A stretch of DNA of 64,000 bases. Source: Synechococcus sp. Lineage in GTDB: Bacteria > Cyanobacteriota > Cyanobacteriia > PCC-6307 > Cyanobiaceae. The stretch spans positions 1,088,136 to 1,152,135 of the forward strand of contig JBJBDC010000001.1 in assembly GCA_047285535.1 (NCBI GenBank), in the 5' to 3' direction. The notes below the pieces were generated by a model. That model searched no databases. It was not told the DNA's origin and saw only the letters and a list, made by a program, of their open reading frames with translations. This document shows positions 43,535-53,512 of the stretch, piece by piece. The translations under genes were made by a program, and so were the position numbers. Numbering within the stretch: position 1 is the stretch's first letter; every line of letters begins with the position of its first letter.

Positions 43535-43949
43535 GCTCAAAAGCCTCGAATCCTGCACGGGCGATCGCGAGATCTTGATCAGGCGTCATCCCTGACACGC
43601 CGATCGCCCCCATTACCTCTCCCTGGAAGCGAAATACCAGTCCACCTGCCATCAAGGCACAGGGCTGATGAAGAACACCCTGAAGAGACAGTAAAGCGGT
43701 GCGACCAGCTGCAATCGACTGTTCAACGAAGACGCTATCCGATCCAGTCAGGGCCGCTGTGCGTGCCTTTGCCGCTGAAGCCTCCACACTCGCAACTGAA
43801 GCACCATCAAGCCGGCGAAACGTGATCAATATCCCAGCGGCATCCACTAGAGCGATCGACACGCGTGCTGACATCTGCTGAGCCATGACCATGGCCGCAT
43901 CAACAATGAGATCCGCATCGGCAAGATCCAAGCAGCGAATCATATGCAT
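43509..43949 (-). CDS. GlcG/HbpS family haem-binding protein
   Basis: IALVDAAG, RLDGA, AKARTA, GAIGVSG...QD. Confidence 0.85.
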   Translation of the reverse strand: MHMIRCLDLADADLIVDAAMVMAQQMSARVSIALVDAAGILITFRRLDGASVASVEASAAKARTAALTGSDSVFVEQSIAAGRTALLSLQGVLHQPCALMAGGLVFRFQGEVMGAIGVSGMTPDQDLAIARAGFEAFELRVRDCSS

Positions 43950-43953
43950 TGAT

Positions 43954-44214
43954 TCAGGTCCACTGAATGGCCATTTTCCATAGGTGTCCATCCAGCTCTA
44001 CCCCAGCGGCTAGGGCTTCCATTGCCTCAAGCGGAAGCCGAAGGGTCGCTGATGCCTGGTGAATCATGATGTCAACGCCTGTGAACTGAAATCCCATTTC
44101 AGCCCCCATGGTGGCGATTTCATTCAGACAGCTGGCAGTGTGTAAACGCTTCAGAAGTGCTGAATCATTCTTCACCAGGCGGAGGAATGCTTCCAGTTGG
44201 GGATTGCTGCTCAT
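43954..44214 (-). CDS. Nif11-like leader peptide family protein (86 aa)
   Basis: MSSNPQLEAFL...AEMGFQFT...LPLEAMEALAAG followed by VELDGHLWKMAIQWT; ATG at 44214. Confidence 0.78.
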   Translation of the reverse strand: MSSNPQLEAFLRLVKNDSALLKRLHTASCLNEIATMGAEMGFQFTGVDIMIHQASATLRLPLEAMEALAAGVELDGHLWKMAIQWT

Positions 44215-44239
44215 GGATTCAAATGTTGATGTTGGTTGA

Positions 44240-45187
44240 TCAAGGCAGGGAAGCGTGTTGCAGGCCCCGAGTATTGACATGAATGGAATACAAGGTGTCC
44301 CAACTGCACAAAAACAGCCGATTACCGTGCACCCCACCAAAACAGAGATTGCCGACCAGACGCGGTGTGACAATCCGTCCAAGCAAGGTGCCATCCGGAG
44401 CAATGCAATGGACTCCATTTCCGGCACTGCTCCAGACATTGCCGACCTCATCTACACGAATTCCATCAGCGTTTCCAATGTTGACTCGGTAAAAATCACG
44501 GCGACCAGTGAGCCGAGCCCCGCCGTCCTCAACGTCGAACAGATGAATCAGACGATCCGCTTTCGGATCATCGGGGGCTCCTGTATCGACGACATAAAGC
44601 ATCGACTCATCAGGGGAGAAAGCAAGCCCATTGGGGCCCTTCACCACATCTGGGGAAGTCATCGCATGGAGAGAGCCATCCGCCGGATCAAAGCGGTAAA
44701 TCACTGCCGACTGGAAGGAATGTCGACGGCCACCTTCGAAATCATTGACCAGTCCATATAGAGGATCACTGAACCAAATAGTGCCGTCACTCTTGACTAC
44801 AACATCATTGGGGGTATTCAACGGCTGACCCAGATGTGAGTCCACCAAAGAGACAACCAAGCCATTATGTTCAGTGCGCAGCAGTGCACGGTGACCATGA
44901 CTACAAGTCAGTAGGCGACCGTGACGGTCTCTAGTTTGCCCATTTGGGAAACCTGCAGAATGTCGAAAGACACTTAGGCCATGACTCTCATCCCAGGACA
45001 GAATTCGGTCATTGGGAATATCAGATACCAACAGTCGCTGCTGATCGCCGAACCAAACCGGTCCCTCCAGCCAACGGCAACCGTCGAAGAGTCTCTCCAA
45101 CTGTGCGTTAAAAAGCAGCAGTGAGTGGAAACGGGAATCGACAACCTCAATTTTAGTGTCGACAAATTCACTACGGAAAGCCTGCAT
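44240..45187 (-). CDS. SMP-30/gluconolactonase family protein
   Basis: EGPVW, SDIPND, PNDVV, PNGLAFSPD, ADG. Confidence 0.92.
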   Translation of the reverse strand: MQAFRSEFVDTKIEVVDSRFHSLLLFNAQLERLFDGCRWLEGPVWFGDQQRLLVSDIPNDRILSWDESHGLSVFRHSAGFPNGQTRDRHGRLLTCSHGHRALLRTEHNGLVVSLVDSHLGQPLNTPNDVVVKSDGTIWFSDPLYGLVNDFEGGRRHSFQSAVIYRFDPADGSLHAMTSPDVVKGPNGLAFSPDESMLYVVDTGAPDDPKADRLIHLFDVEDGGARLTGRRDFYRVNIGNADGIRVDEVGNVWSSAGNGVHCIAPDGTLLGRIVTPRLVGNLCFGGVHGNRLFLCSWDTLYSIHVNTRGLQHASLP

Positions 45188-45198
45188 CTTTCGTCGTC

Positions 45199-45654
45199 TC
45201 AGCTGAACGAGCCAGGAGGCAGATTCCTCCAGGCATCATCATTCCGCTGAATAATTAGTTGCATGCAAGGTTCATCACCAACCTGTTCCGAAAGATGACC
45301 AATGCGACCATCAGTCGTCATGATGCAGCCCTGATCGCCCCCATAGGAATATTCACCAGCTTTCATGACCACCCGCTCACCGTCCATGCTGGTTACAGCC
45401 CAGGCGCCACGCAGAATATAAATCCATTTGGGCTCTGGGTTCTCATGCCAATCAGCAGTCCAACCCACAGGAAGATAAGTCACGAAGGCATTGCCGTTTT
45501 TGATCAGATCGCGAGAAAACTGAGGTGAATTCCTCGGTCCGAGACGCCCAATTGTGAACTCACTGATCGTGCAGAGCTGATGACGACTTATTCCATCGGA
45601 ATCCGTCCACAGATGCCAATAGTTCTCAGCTGCTGGGGCCTGAGGTTCACTCAT
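45199..45654 (-). CDS. Cupin domain protein
   Basis: HLWTDSDGIS, WHENP, GHLS. Confidence 0.82.
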   Translation of the reverse strand: MSEPQAPAAENYWHLWTDSDGISRHQLCTISEFTIGRLGPRNSPQFSRDLIKNGNAFVTYLPVGWTADWHENPEPKWIYILRGAWAVTSMDGERVVMKAGEYSYGGDQGCIMTTDGRIGHLSEQVGDEPCMQLIIQRNDDAWRNLPPGSFS

Positions 45655-45683
45655 TGTGTAGGAATCGCCACTCTGAACCCTAT

Positions 45684-46796
45684 TCAGTCCCCGGCGGACT
45701 GCCCAGTCAATTCAACACACCATGCCAGTGTTTCGCCTGCATGGAAGAGCACAGGCCACTCGCTATCAGAAAGCGCATCATGCCCTGTCCGTGCTGATGG
45801 AGGTGGCACCAAGCGTGAAGGCACTAGCTGATCACGACGAACCAGTGTGATGGTGTCAGTATTGAGAGGTAATCCGTAAAAGCGAGGGCCGTGCTCACTT
45901 GCAAAGGCTTCGAGATGATCTAGAGCTCCCTCCTGTTCAAATACAACTGCATAACTCTCCAGCGCGTGGAGGGCGTTGAAGATACCGGCACACCCACAGG
46001 CTGACTCCTTGCCAGACCGCGGATGAGGCGCGGAATCAGTACCTAGGAAGAAGCAGGACAGGCCACTGGTGGCAGCCTTGACCAAGGCCCTTCGATGGCA
46101 TTCCCGCTTCACAACAGGAAGACAATAGAAATCACTACGCAGGCCGCCGGCAAACATTGCATTGCGATTGAGGTGGAGATGGTGAGGAGTAATCGTGGCG
46201 GCAAGACGAGCATCCCCAGCCTGATGAGCCTCACGGATGTAGGTCGCCGCTTCCTCCGTAGTGATGTGCTCAAGCACGATGCGTAACCGAGGGAAACGCT
46301 GGCGCAGAGGTTTCAACTGCCTTTCAATGAAAAGGGCTTCCCGATCGAAAACATCAACGTCAGGGTCTGTGACTTCACCATGGATCAACAGGGGCATATC
46401 AATAGCCTCCATCCGGGTCAGCACAGCCGAGATCTTGGAAAGATCGCTGACACCAGCAGCTGAATTGGTGGTCGCATTAGCGGGATAAAGCTTCGCTGCT
46501 ACAAAAACACCCTCAACAAAACCTCGTTCCAGTTCGTCTGGATCAAAGTCATCCGTCAAGTAGGCAGTCATCAAAGGTGTAAATCCAATGCCTTCAGGAA
46601 GCAGGGCCTTAATCCGCCGGCGATAGCCAAGAGCAGCTTCAATAGTGGTGATGGGGGGTCGGAGATTAGGCATCACCACAGCCCTTGAAAAAACCCTGGC
46701 CGTTGAAGACAGAACCGCCTCCAACATCGCCCCATCACGCAGATGGACATGCCAGTCATCCGGTCGACGCAAGACAAGCCGATTTAAAGGTTTCAT
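45684..46796 (-). CDS. pyrC: Dihydroorotase
   Basis: DDWHVHLRDG, KLYP, HGE, EHITT, GTDSAPH. Confidence 0.97.
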   Translation of the reverse strand: MKPLNRLVLRRPDDWHVHLRDGAMLEAVLSSTARVFSRAVVMPNLRPPITTIEAALGYRRRIKALLPEGIGFTPLMTAYLTDDFDPDELERGFVEGVFVAAKLYPANATTNSAAGVSDLSKISAVLTRMEAIDMPLLIHGEVTDPDVDVFDREALFIERQLKPLRQRFPRLRIVLEHITTEEAATYIREAHQAGDARLAATITPHHLHLNRNAMFAGGLRSDFYCLPVVKRECHRRALVKAATSGLSCFFLGTDSAPHPRSGKESACGCAGIFNALHALESYAVVFEQEGALDHLEAFASEHGPRFYGLPLNTDTITLVRRDQLVPSRLVPPPSARTGHDALSDSEWPVLFHAGETLAWCVELTGQSAGD

Positions 46797-48473
46797 CTAG
46801 ACAGAGCTCTTGTGAATCTGAGGCAAGTGATTCACAGCCTGCAAAAGCACCTCATAGCGTTTCTCGCTGACATGAGTCTTTGGAAGAAGATCAAGCAACT
46901 TGAGTTTCTCCAAGCGCTTGCGAGTGGCTCCTGGGAGAACCACCAAATAAACAGAACGACCCACTTCAATTGCTTCCTTAATTGCATTTTCAAGAGCAAG
47001 TGATGCCGTAACGCCGAGGTGAGAAACCTCACTGAGATCAAACAACACAGCCTCACATTCTTCGATAGCGTTATGCTCTCGATTGATAGTTTTGGCCACA
47101 CCAAAAATCATTGGCCCAGTGAGCTGAAAGAGCAACAGCCGACCTGAAGCCCTATCCATTAATTCTTGCTCGTCTGGAGGAAGAGTTACATCATCATCAG
47201 TTGTGCTTATGGTTTTTACCCCCTTTGACTGAAGAGACGTCATCCGTTCAATCGTCAGCACGTTTGCGACAAAGACCCCAATAAATACAGCCCAAATCAG
47301 ATCAACAAGAACGGTAAGACCAATCACTCCATAAGTAATACATGCCGCCTTAATCGACAGATGATGCGCCCGACTTAGGAAACTCCAGTCAATGATGTCA
47401 AAGCCAACCTTAAGTGCAATCCCGGCAAGTACGGCCAGAGGAATTAGTGAAGCCAAAGGGGCTGCCACCAAAATAACAAGCATCAGAATCAATGCTCTAA
47501 TAATTCCGGAGAGTGCGGAACGGCCACCCGCCTGAATATTGACAACCGTTCCCATCGTCGCTCCAGCTCCAGGCAATCCACCGAACAAACCGGAGACCAA
47601 ATTACCAAGTCCCTGACCAATTAATTCTTTATTCGAATTATGTTCCGTGCGCGTTAGACTATCAGCCACCACAGAAGTAAGAAGGGCATCAATACAACCA
47701 AGCATGCCCAATACGGCTCCATTTACAACCATTAACCGCAACAAATCTGGGGTTATCCCTGCAAATGAAGGAGGCTGAAAATTGGGAAAGTCCGCTGAGA
47801 ATTCAGGAATACGGCTTAATTCAATATTCGAAAACAGGGTCAGGGAAAGACCTGTCCCAACAACCAGAGCGAGCAACTGAGGGGGGCAAAAACGCTTCCA
47901 GGCTTCAGGTGTGAACCAAAGAATCAACAACGTGATGAGCGAAAGCAAGAGCTCGAGCGGCCTTACATCTTCAATCAACTGGGGAAGACTGGAAAGAGTG
48001 CCAATCACTCCACCAGGGGGACTGCTCTGCCCCAAAAAAGGAGCCAGCTGAAGGATCACCAAAATCACACCAATTCCAGACATAAAGCCTGAAATCACGG
48101 TGTAAGGCATCATCGTGATGTATCGGCCCAAGCGACAAAGACCAAACAGAATCTGAAAAAGACCGGCAAGCATCACAACCATGAAGGCCAGAGCCAAAGC
48201 CGTACCTCGATCTGGGATTTGGCTGGTGAAGTTGAGGATGACTGCAGTGAACACAACAGTCATAGGACCAGTGGGTTCAGAGATGAGCGTGGACGTGCCG
48301 CCAAATAGAGCCGCCACCATCCCAATGATCACAGCGCCCCATAGGCCAGCAGCAGCACCTGCACCAGAAGCCACTCCAAAAGCCAACGCCATCGGAAGGG
48401 CAACCACAGCGGCTGTAAGCCCACCAAAAGCATCACCTCGGAGGTTGCGGGTGCTGATGTAATTCAGAAACAC
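46797..48473 (-). CDS. bicA: SulP/SLC26 anion transporter, BicA-like
   Basis: ALPMALAFG, ISEPTGPM, GAGATMGT, C-terminal STAS domain. Confidence 0.82.
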   Translation of the reverse strand: MFLNYISTRNLRGDAFGGLTAAVVALPMALAFGVASGAGAAAGLWGAVIIGMVAALFGGTSTLISEPTGPMTVVFTAVILNFTSQIPDRGTALALAFMVVMLAGLFQILFGLCRLGRYITMMPYTVISGFMSGIGVILVILQLAPFLGQSSPPGGVIGTLSSLPQLIEDVRPLELLLSLITLLILWFTPEAWKRFCPPQLLALVVGTGLSLTLFSNIELSRIPEFSADFPNFQPPSFAGITPDLLRLMVVNGAVLGMLGCIDALLTSVVADSLTRTEHNSNKELIGQGLGNLVSGLFGGLPGAGATMGTVVNIQAGGRSALSGIIRALILMLVILVAAPLASLIPLAVLAGIALKVGFDIIDWSFLSRAHHLSIKAACITYGVIGLTVLVDLIWAVFIGVFVANVLTIERMTSLQSKGVKTISTTDDDVTLPPDEQELMDRASGRLLLFQLTGPMIFGVAKTINREHNAIEECEAVLFDLSEVSHLGVTASLALENAIKEAIEVGRSVYLVVLPGATRKRLEKLKLLDLLPKTHVSEKRYEVLLQAVNHLPQIHKSSV

Positions 48474-48570
48474 CAGAGTCTCGTCTTTGAATTTGGGTGA
48501 TGCTAAGACCCTTCCGCTTTGCGTTCGTTGAGACCGACAAGGAAAATAGGTCTAAACAAGTAAGCAGTCG

Positions 48571-49674
48571 ATGCCTGACTTTCTGATCTCTGCCCTCGAA
48601 CTGCTGGTCGGAATCGGACTCCTATTCGGCGGCGGTGAATTATTTGTTCAGGGTGCGGTCATCCTCGCCGTCATCCTCGGAGTGCCGCAGCTGGTCATTG
48701 GCCTAACGGTGGTTTCACTTGGTACCAGTGCTCCTGAATTCTTCGTCAGCATCGGTTCGGTCCTTCATGGGGCAGATGCTCTGGCTGTCAGCAACGTGGT
48801 TGGCAGCAACATTTTCAATGTTTTGGTCGTCCTTGGTTGCAGCGCCCTCGTCCTGCCACTGCGGGTGGAAAGCCGTTTGGTGAGAAGGGATGTTCCCCTT
48901 CTCCTAGCCGTGTCTGCGGCTGCATGGGGCATGGCATCAGCGGGACGAGTCACCTGGCAATCAGGGGTCGCTCTTTTGCTGGGTCTTGTTATCAACACTG
49001 TCTGGGAAATCCGGACCGCAAGGGAAGAACCAGAGGAAATGGAGCCTGCAGAGCCAGAGATTGACTTAGGCAGCGCACAACAAGGCTGGCTTAAAGCAAT
49101 GGGCCGCCTTTTGCTCGGCATTGTTGTCCTTGGTTTCGGAGCTCACCTTCTTGTGAAGGGAGCAACCGCCGTTGCCCTGAGTCTCGGAGTCAGTGAGGCC
49201 GTCATCGGGCTCACCATTGTTTCGGCTGGAACCTCCATGCCTGAACTGATTACCTCTTTGGTCGCGGCCTTGCGAGGGAGAACGGATCTCGCCATTGGCA
49301 ATGTTGTAGGCAGTTGTCTTCTGAATCTGCTTCTCGTACTTGCAGGAGGTGCGTTGGCATCAGGAGCACAGGGGCTTCATGTCACGACCGATTTAATCAA
49401 TGACGACATGCCTGTGATGATTTTGACCAGCCTTGCTTGCCTTCCAATCTTCTGGACAAAAGGACGAATTTCTAGACTTGAAGGTGGCTTACTCGTTGGT
49501 TTGTACATTCTGTACATCACTGACAACGTTCTACCCCGCACCGGACTCTCTTCTTGGTCGGATGAATTTCGCCTCATCATGCTTTGTGTTGTCTTACCAG
49601 CCGTTGTCGTGCTGATCGTGGTACAAGCCGCTCGCTATTGGAGACAACTAAAACGCCAAGGTCCTCAAACCTAA
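48571..49674 (+). CDS. Ca2+/Na+ antiporter (CaCA family)
   Basis: Two alpha repeats, GTSAPE/GTSMPE and NVVGS. Confidence 0.93.
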   Translation: MPDFLISALELLVGIGLLFGGGELFVQGAVILAVILGVPQLVIGLTVVSLGTSAPEFFVSIGSVLHGADALAVSNVVGSNIFNVLVVLGCSALVLPLRVESRLVRRDVPLLLAVSAAAWGMASAGRVTWQSGVALLLGLVINTVWEIRTAREEPEEMEPAEPEIDLGSAQQGWLKAMGRLLLGIVVLGFGAHLLVKGATAVALSLGVSEAVIGLTIVSAGTSMPELITSLVAALRGRTDLAIGNVVGSCLLNLLLVLAGGALASGAQGLHVTTDLINDDMPVMILTSLACLPIFWTKGRISRLEGGLLVGLYILYITDNVLPRTGLSSWSDEFRLIMLCVVLPAVVVLIVVQAARYWRQLKRQGPQT

Positions 49675-49761
49675 ACAATGACTTCAGCTTGTATTCCGTG
49701 ATGAAGGGATGACTGCTGAGCAAAAGCTGTTCATCCTGGAAAGGCCTAGATCGGCTTGGCG

Positions 49762-50262
49762 ATGCTTGAGCTGCTTCCCCCGCTCAACGACAAAAATCTT
49801 CCATGGATCGACGTTATCCATCCAATCGTGGTGCATTTCGTGATCGCTATGGCTCTGATCACGGTGGTGTTTGACCTGATTGGAGTTCTCACTCGGAGAC
49901 ACAACCTCTTTGAGGTGAGCTTCTGGAATTTGGTAGTGGCGACCGTTGCCATCTTCGTAGCCATCATCTTCGGACAGATTGAGGCAGGGTTGGCAACTCC
50001 TTATGGAGCATCAAGAGACATTTTGAATTACCACAGCACCCTTGGCTGGTCGCTGGCTGGAGTACTCGGCCTCCTTACAGGTTGGAGATACGTCGTCAGG
50101 CAAAAAGATCCAACTGTTTTGCCATCAGGATTTCTTGTCATTGATTCAATCCTGGCGGTTTTGGTGTTCTGTCAGGTCTATTTAGGAGACAAACTTGTTT
50201 GGGTTTATGGACTCCACACGGTGCCCGTGGTTGAAGCCGTGCGTAGCGGAGCTCTGTCATGA
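49762..50262 (+). CDS. DUF2231 membrane protein 1
   Basis: IHPIVVHFVIA, YHSTLG, LVWVYGLH. Confidence 0.85.
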   Translation: MLELLPPLNDKNLPWIDVIHPIVVHFVIAMALITVVFDLIGVLTRRHNLFEVSFWNLVVATVAIFVAIIFGQIEAGLATPYGASRDILNYHSTLGWSLAGVLGLLTGWRYVVRQKDPTVLPSGFLVIDSILAVLVFCQVYLGDKLVWVYGLHTVPVVEAVRSGALS

Positions 50263-50879
50263 TTTTTGGGGTCACCATTCCATCACCGGTGAATGAAATA
50301 GCCGACAAATTAGGAGCAAATGATCTCCCCTACGCAATTCCGATACATCCTAATTTAGTGCATTTAACTATTGGCCTATTTGCTATCGGAATAGCCTTTG
50401 ATTTTGCCGGCGCGTTTTATCCCTTAGAGAAAAGGGTCTTCCGCTTCTTAGCACTTCCAGCAACCCGAAGCGGTTTTCATGATGTCGGCTGGTACAACGT
50501 TCTTGCGTGTAGCGTGATCACCTTTTTCACCGTTGCCGCTGGCTTTTACGAAATGCTCCTTGCAGTTCCATTGCAAGGGATTCGCAGCATCATTGGCCAA
50601 AATGCAATCGACACAATGCTGTGGCATGCGATCGGAGGGGTCGCACTGCTCCTCATCATTGTGGGGATGGCGATCTGGCGAGGATTTCAGCGATTTTTGT
50701 GGCGTAAAGACTACGGGCGTCAGGTGAGTTGGCTTTATCTCGGATGCGGAGCTGTAGTGCTTGTCGCCATGGGCGTACATGGAAGTCTTGGGGCATGGCT
50801 TGCCAGTGAATTTGGCGTTCATATCACTGCAGATCAACTTCTTGCAGCCGGTGCCGATCTCAATGAGGTGTTGCCATGA
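50259..50879 (+). CDS. DUF2231 membrane protein 2
   Basis: IHPNLVHLTIG, WHAIGG, EFGVH; ATGA overlaps on both sides. Confidence 0.85.
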   Translation: MIFGVTIPSPVNEIADKLGANDLPYAIPIHPNLVHLTIGLFAIGIAFDFAGAFYPLEKRVFRFLALPATRSGFHDVGWYNVLACSVITFFTVAAGFYEMLLAVPLQGIRSIIGQNAIDTMLWHAIGGVALLLIIVGMAIWRGFQRFLWRKDYGRQVSWLYLGCGAVVLVAMGVHGSLGAWLASEFGVHITADQLLAAGADLNEVLP

Positions 50880-51811
50880 GTACCGCTACTCCAAAGAAGG
50901 GACCAAGCATCGGTGCGATTGTGATCATCACAATGGCCATTGCGATCAATTTGGCCATTTCCAAACTGATGGCGAACTGGTCTCTTAGTTGGTTTCCACC
51001 CCAAGCCTCGAGTGCAGCTCCTTACGTCGACAACCTATTCGCACTGGAGACGGGGATCGGCTCATTCATTTTTTTTGGTTGCACCGGCTTTATGGGCTGG
51101 GTGTTGTTGTTCAACAGGGCTGGCAAGTATGACGAAAGCGATGGGGCCCCGATCGAGGGAAATACCAAATTAGAAATCACCTGGACGATCATTCCCCTGG
51201 TGACAGTCTTTCTGATCGCCACGTATTCGATGAACGTCAATATGAAGCTTCAAACTCTCGGACCGAAGCACAAATACGCCATCGGATCTGATCCGACAGT
51301 CCTAATGGAGGCAGACCCCATTGCTGATGTAGGCCCAATTAATGTTATTGCCCGCCAGTGGAGCTGGGAATTCATCTATCCCAACGGAGTTCGGAGCTCA
51401 GAGCTACATCTCCCGATTGATCAACGTGCGAATTTCCACATGATCTCGGAGGACGTTCTGCATAGTTTCTTTGTGCCGGCCTTCCGGCTCAAACAAGACA
51501 TCATCCCTGGGAGCATCATTTCTTACAGCCTCACTCCCACGAAGGAAGGACGATTTCGACTTCGGGACGCCATGTTCAGCGGCGCTTATTTCTCACAGAA
51601 CCAGACCGACGTGATTGTCGAAACCGAGCAGGCTTTCGCCGAATGGTTAAAGACAACAGCACAACAGCCACTGCAACAGGGTCTTGATCCAAGTCGTGCT
51701 CTCTATGACCGCCGCATCGCACGCGGTGACAAGGGCTGGGCCACGGTACCGCCAGCTCCCGCACCGATGGTGAACGACCCCGGTGATCCCTCCATTCCTC
51801 ACGACGCCTGA
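50876..51811 (+). CDS. ctaCII: Haem-copper oxidase subunit II lacking the CuA motif (ARTO type)
   Basis: LEITWTIIP, QWSWEF, DVLHSF; CxExCGxxHxxM replaced by DAMFSGAYFSQN. Confidence 0.9.
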   Translation: MSTATPKKGPSIGAIVIITMAIAINLAISKLMANWSLSWFPPQASSAAPYVDNLFALETGIGSFIFFGCTGFMGWVLLFNRAGKYDESDGAPIEGNTKLEITWTIIPLVTVFLIATYSMNVNMKLQTLGPKHKYAIGSDPTVLMEADPIADVGPINVIARQWSWEFIYPNGVRSSELHLPIDQRANFHMISEDVLHSFFVPAFRLKQDIIPGSIISYSLTPTKEGRFRLRDAMFSGAYFSQNQTDVIVETEQAFAEWLKTTAQQPLQQGLDPSRALYDRRIARGDKGWATVPPAPAPMVNDPGDPSIPHDA

Positions 51812-51819
51812 GACGTGCC

Positions 51820-53508
51820 ATGACAAGCAACACCTACGACCTCCGCATTCTCAAGGCACCCCATCCAGTTCCTGGAGCACCGGACAACTGGAAACGCTTC
51901 TTCAGTTTCAACACCGACGCAAAGGTGATTGGAATCCAATACATCGCTACAGCACTGTTCTTCCTTCTCGTGGGCGGACTCCTGGCCATGATCGTGAGGG
52001 GCGAATTGATCACGCCTCCCGCTGATCTTGTCGACCCAAGCGTCTACAACGGCCTCTACACCATGCACGGAACAGTGATGTTGTTCCTTTTTCTATTCCC
52101 AATCCTTAACGGCTTTAACAACCTATTGATTCCGACGATGATCGGGGCACCGGACATGGCATTTCCAAAGCTGAATGCCGCCGCGTTCTGGCTCGTGCCG
52201 GTGTTTTCAATCGTCTTAATGGGGAGCTTTTTCGCCCCCGGTGGACCCGCTTCATCGGGATGGTGGTCGTACCCACCAATGAGTCTGCAAAATCCACTCG
52301 GCCATTTCATCAATGGGGAGTTTCTATGGATCCTTGCAATAGCACTCTCCGGCATCTCCTCGATCATGGGTGCCATCAATTTCGTGACGACCATCATCCG
52401 GATGAGAGCTCCAGGGATGGGTTTCTTCCGAATGCCGATTTTCGTCTGGACTGCATGGGCAGCCCAGACCATCCAGTTGATAGGTCTACCCGCGCTCACT
52501 GGCGGAGCGGTCATGCTGTTGTTTGACCTCAGCTTCGGTACCAGCTTTTTCCGGCCGGAGGGTGGCGGTGATCCAGTTTTATTCCAGCATTTTTTCTGGT
52601 TCTATTCCCACCCTGCCGTTTACGTGCTGGTGCTTCCTGTGTTTGGCATTTTCTCAGAGCTCTTTCCCGTGTATTCGCGTAAGCCCCTTTTTGGCTATCG
52701 CTTTGTGGCAATCGCCTCCTTTGGAATCACCTTTCTCAGCCTGATTGTTTGGGCTCACCACATGTTTTACACAGGCACACCGAACTGGATGCGTCACATC
52801 TTCATGTTCACCACGATGCTCATTGCCATACCCACTGGAGTGAAGGTTTTCGCCTGGCTGGGAACACTCTGGGCAGGCAATTTGCGCTTGAGCACACCGA
52901 TGCTGTTCTGCATCGGAGGTCTGATCAACTTTATTTTTGCAGGCATTACTGGAGTGATGCTTGCCACAGTTCCAATTGATATTCATGTAGGCAACACCTA
53001 CTTTGTGGTAGCTCACTTCCACTATGTGATCTTCAACACCATTGTTTTTGGGGTTTTCGCTGGTATTTACCACTGGTTTCCAAAGTTCACTGGAAAGATG
53101 TATTACGAAGGTCTTGGGAAAGTCCATTTCGCACTCACATTCATCGGTGCCACACTCAACTGGCTTCCACTCCACTGGGCTGGGTTGCTGGGCATGCCCC
53201 GACGTGTTGCCTCCTATGACCCGGAATTCGCCATTTGGAACGTGATTGCAAGCATCGGCGCTTTCATGCTTGGCGTTGCCTCGATCCCCTTCATCCTGAA
53301 CATGGTGAGTTCCTGGGCTCGCGGACCCAAGGCTCCTCCCAACCCCTGGCGAGCAATCGGCCTGGAGTGGCTCCTTCCATCCCCACCTCCTGCCGAAAAC
53401 TTTGAAGACGATATTCCAACTGTGATTAGTGAGCCCTACGGCTACGGATTGGGGAAACCCTTAGTTGAGGACCAGGAATTCTATGTCCGCCGTTCCATGG
53501 AGGCCTAA
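51820..53508 (+). CDS. ctaDII: Haem-copper oxidase subunit I (ARTO type)
   Basis: TMHG, FYSHPAVY, WAHHM, AHFHY, GMPRR. Confidence 0.95.
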   Translation: MTSNTYDLRILKAPHPVPGAPDNWKRFFSFNTDAKVIGIQYIATALFFLLVGGLLAMIVRGELITPPADLVDPSVYNGLYTMHGTVMLFLFLFPILNGFNNLLIPTMIGAPDMAFPKLNAAAFWLVPVFSIVLMGSFFAPGGPASSGWWSYPPMSLQNPLGHFINGEFLWILAIALSGISSIMGAINFVTTIIRMRAPGMGFFRMPIFVWTAWAAQTIQLIGLPALTGGAVMLLFDLSFGTSFFRPEGGGDPVLFQHFFWFYSHPAVYVLVLPVFGIFSELFPVYSRKPLFGYRFVAIASFGITFLSLIVWAHHMFYTGTPNWMRHIFMFTTMLIAIPTGVKVFAWLGTLWAGNLRLSTPMLFCIGGLINFIFAGITGVMLATVPIDIHVGNTYFVVAHFHYVIFNTIVFGVFAGIYHWFPKFTGKMYYEGLGKVHFALTFIGATLNWLPLHWAGLLGMPRRVASYDPEFAIWNVIASIGAFMLGVASIPFILNMVSSWARGPKAPPNPWRAIGLEWLLPSPPPAENFEDDIPTVISEPYGYGLGKPLVEDQEFYVRRSMEA

Positions 53509-53512
53509 TTCA

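Larger units (their letters stand above)
36363..45660. mobile_element. Candidate tRNA-anchored accessory islet (no integrase seen)
   Basis: Block of non-core sugar/redox genes starting about 60 bp after tRNA-Leu and ending next to pyrC; no att repeat or mobility gene found. Confidence 0.35.

Noticed and set aside
44215..44451. N-terminal half of the 165-aa ORF
   Set aside because: Overlaps the gluconolactonase gene in another frame; the Nif11 protein starts at 44214
45681..45700. TTCAGTCCCCGGC as a possible attR copy of the tRNA-Leu 3' end
   Set aside because: Short, gapped match that coincides with the pyrC stop region; no integrase present
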